Assembly: GCA_965644295.1 (NCBI GenBank)
Contig: CBFFRP010000338.1
Coordinates: 124,001 to 188,000, forward strand
Source: Paraphysomonas bandaiensis
Taxonomy: Eukaryota > Protista > Chrysophyceae
DNA: 64,000 bases
Reading direction: 5' to 3'
The notes beneath the pieces were generated by a model. That model had not been told where the DNA came from. It was given only the letters and a program-made list of their open reading frames with translations, and did no database searches. Position numbers and translations under genes: made by a program. Below are positions 62,625 to 64,000 of this stretch, piece by piece (position 1 is the stretch's first letter; every line of letters begins with the position of its first letter).

Positions 62625-64000
62625 ATGAATAATATGAATCATTGGAATCAATTACAACATAAATTATCAATTGATAATAAATCTAATAGAAGACGTATAG
62701 AATTTATAGAATCTAAACATCAGAAACTATCAAATCCAATCAAATCAAATACTATGAATAATAAATCAATAACAAAAACGAAATCAATTAAAACTAAAGG
62801 AATATATCCTGCTGATGCTGTATTAGAACACATTAAATGGCATACAATTAGACGGTATGATAATATGATTGTAGACTATAACATTTTTCATTTCTTTATA
62901 GGGCTGGTCCTGGAATGTTTAATCATGGAAATACATGTTTCTTGAACTCTGTTTTACAATGTCTTGTACACACTCCTCCACTTGCTCAAATTTTACTTCA
63001 AGATCCCCGTGCAACCAGTGGGATTGTTCGCTTAGAAGGGCATAATGCAGCAATACTTATAATATTCAAGAGGTAAGGGTCCCTACGTTATATTGAAGAT
63101 ATATTGGTTTGTATGTGAGGTGTTTGCTGTAATGAGTTGTGCTGTTTGCGCAGATTGGTGGAAGAGGTATGGTCTCCCTCTCCTGGGAAGTCCATATCAC
63201 CTCGTGGAATGGTGAACAGCATACGACGAGTTGCACGACAATTTCGCCCACATAGACAGGTACGTAGTAGTTCGCCATGTATAGCTTGTATAACTTTGCT
63301 ACAGGAGGATTCGCATGAATATTTACGTGAGCTATTGAACTGCATGCATGAAGAGTCGCTAAAAGGCCACCATGTGAAGAGTAGTGATGGAGCATTGGCA
63401 GAAACCACAGTGATAAGTCGTGTTTTTGGCGGCTATCTATGTAACGTTCTCAAGTGCTGCAAATGCAAATATGCATCCCGTACTTTCAATCATTTTCAAG
63501 ATCTTTCTCTCGATGTTACACAGGGGATCCGATCTATCCAGGATGCCATTGCATCCTTTACAAAGCCTGAAAAACTCGGCAATGGCAACGAATGGAATTG
63601 TGATGGCTGTAAGCGTAAGGTTCATGCTGTCAAGCAAATGACGATATCCACTCCTCCTGCCGTGTTGGTTCTTCATCTGAAAAGGTTTTCGTTTGGCAAT
63701 ATGTTCGACAAAATAAAGAAACATATCGCGTTTCCACCCGTTCTGGATGTTCCGACAGCTCCGGCAGACTCCCGCACAGGAGCGAATACAGAACGATACG
63801 ACCTTTGTGGTATGGTTGTGCATCATGGCCATTCTGTGCATTCCGGGCATTATGTTGCATTCGTAAAGGTGAATTATGTCGTGCGTGTTTACTTCGATGT
63901 CCGCTGACAATGCATCGTTATCTTATAGGCATCCAATGGCCAATGGTATGAAATGGACGACTCGACAGTATCTCAGACATCCATTAAGACTGTACTAAAG
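62625..64000 (+). CDS. USP36/USP42-like ubiquitin-specific protease (C19), truncated by the window end
   Basis: Cys box GMFNHGNTCFLNSVLQCL, QEDSHEYL, LHLKRF, His box VHHGHSVHSGHYVAFVK, and WYEMDDS. Confidence 0.92.

Overview
Eukaryotic nuclear DNA: gene-dense, with many short (mostly ~40-130 nt) GT-AG introns. The gene and transposon content suggests a stramenopile, probably a chrysophyte-like ochrophyte (inference). About 18 spliced host genes are present: a glycosyltransferase-like protein, a C2-CaaX protein, a calpain, an RWD-RING E3, a PX/nucleotidyltransferase-like/LOTUS-like protein, an IQ/EF-hand protein, TOM40, a TKL kinase, a TPR protein, a ubiquitin-eS30 fusion, VPS15, a class III aminotransferase, a small unknown protein, a type II glycosyltransferase-like protein, a KP-43/TagC-type subtilase, site-2 protease, a UBXN7-like protein and a partial USP36/42-like protein. 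Fourteen of them form seven head-to-head pairs, and most of the shared upstream regions carry clustered, partly ~10-bp-phased A/T tracts. Intergenic DNA holds hAT MITEs with 8-bp TSDs, a decayed piggyBac-like element, a dispersed long-inverted-repeat family, a young deleted Copia element and a 2.5-kb element carrying a tyrosine-recombinase-like fragment. The most unusual observations are: (1) the Copia element has CG...CG rather than TG...CA ends and an internal 104-bp foldback; (2) authentic ubiquitin is fused to ribosomal protein eS30; (3) the 2.5-kb element has palindromic ends and tandem repeats that are in-frame exon+intron units; (4) a ~70-bp-stem hairpin appears to be an inverted gene-fragment duplication. 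All domain assignments come from motif recognition by eye and were not database-checked. Exon boundaries are manual predictions.
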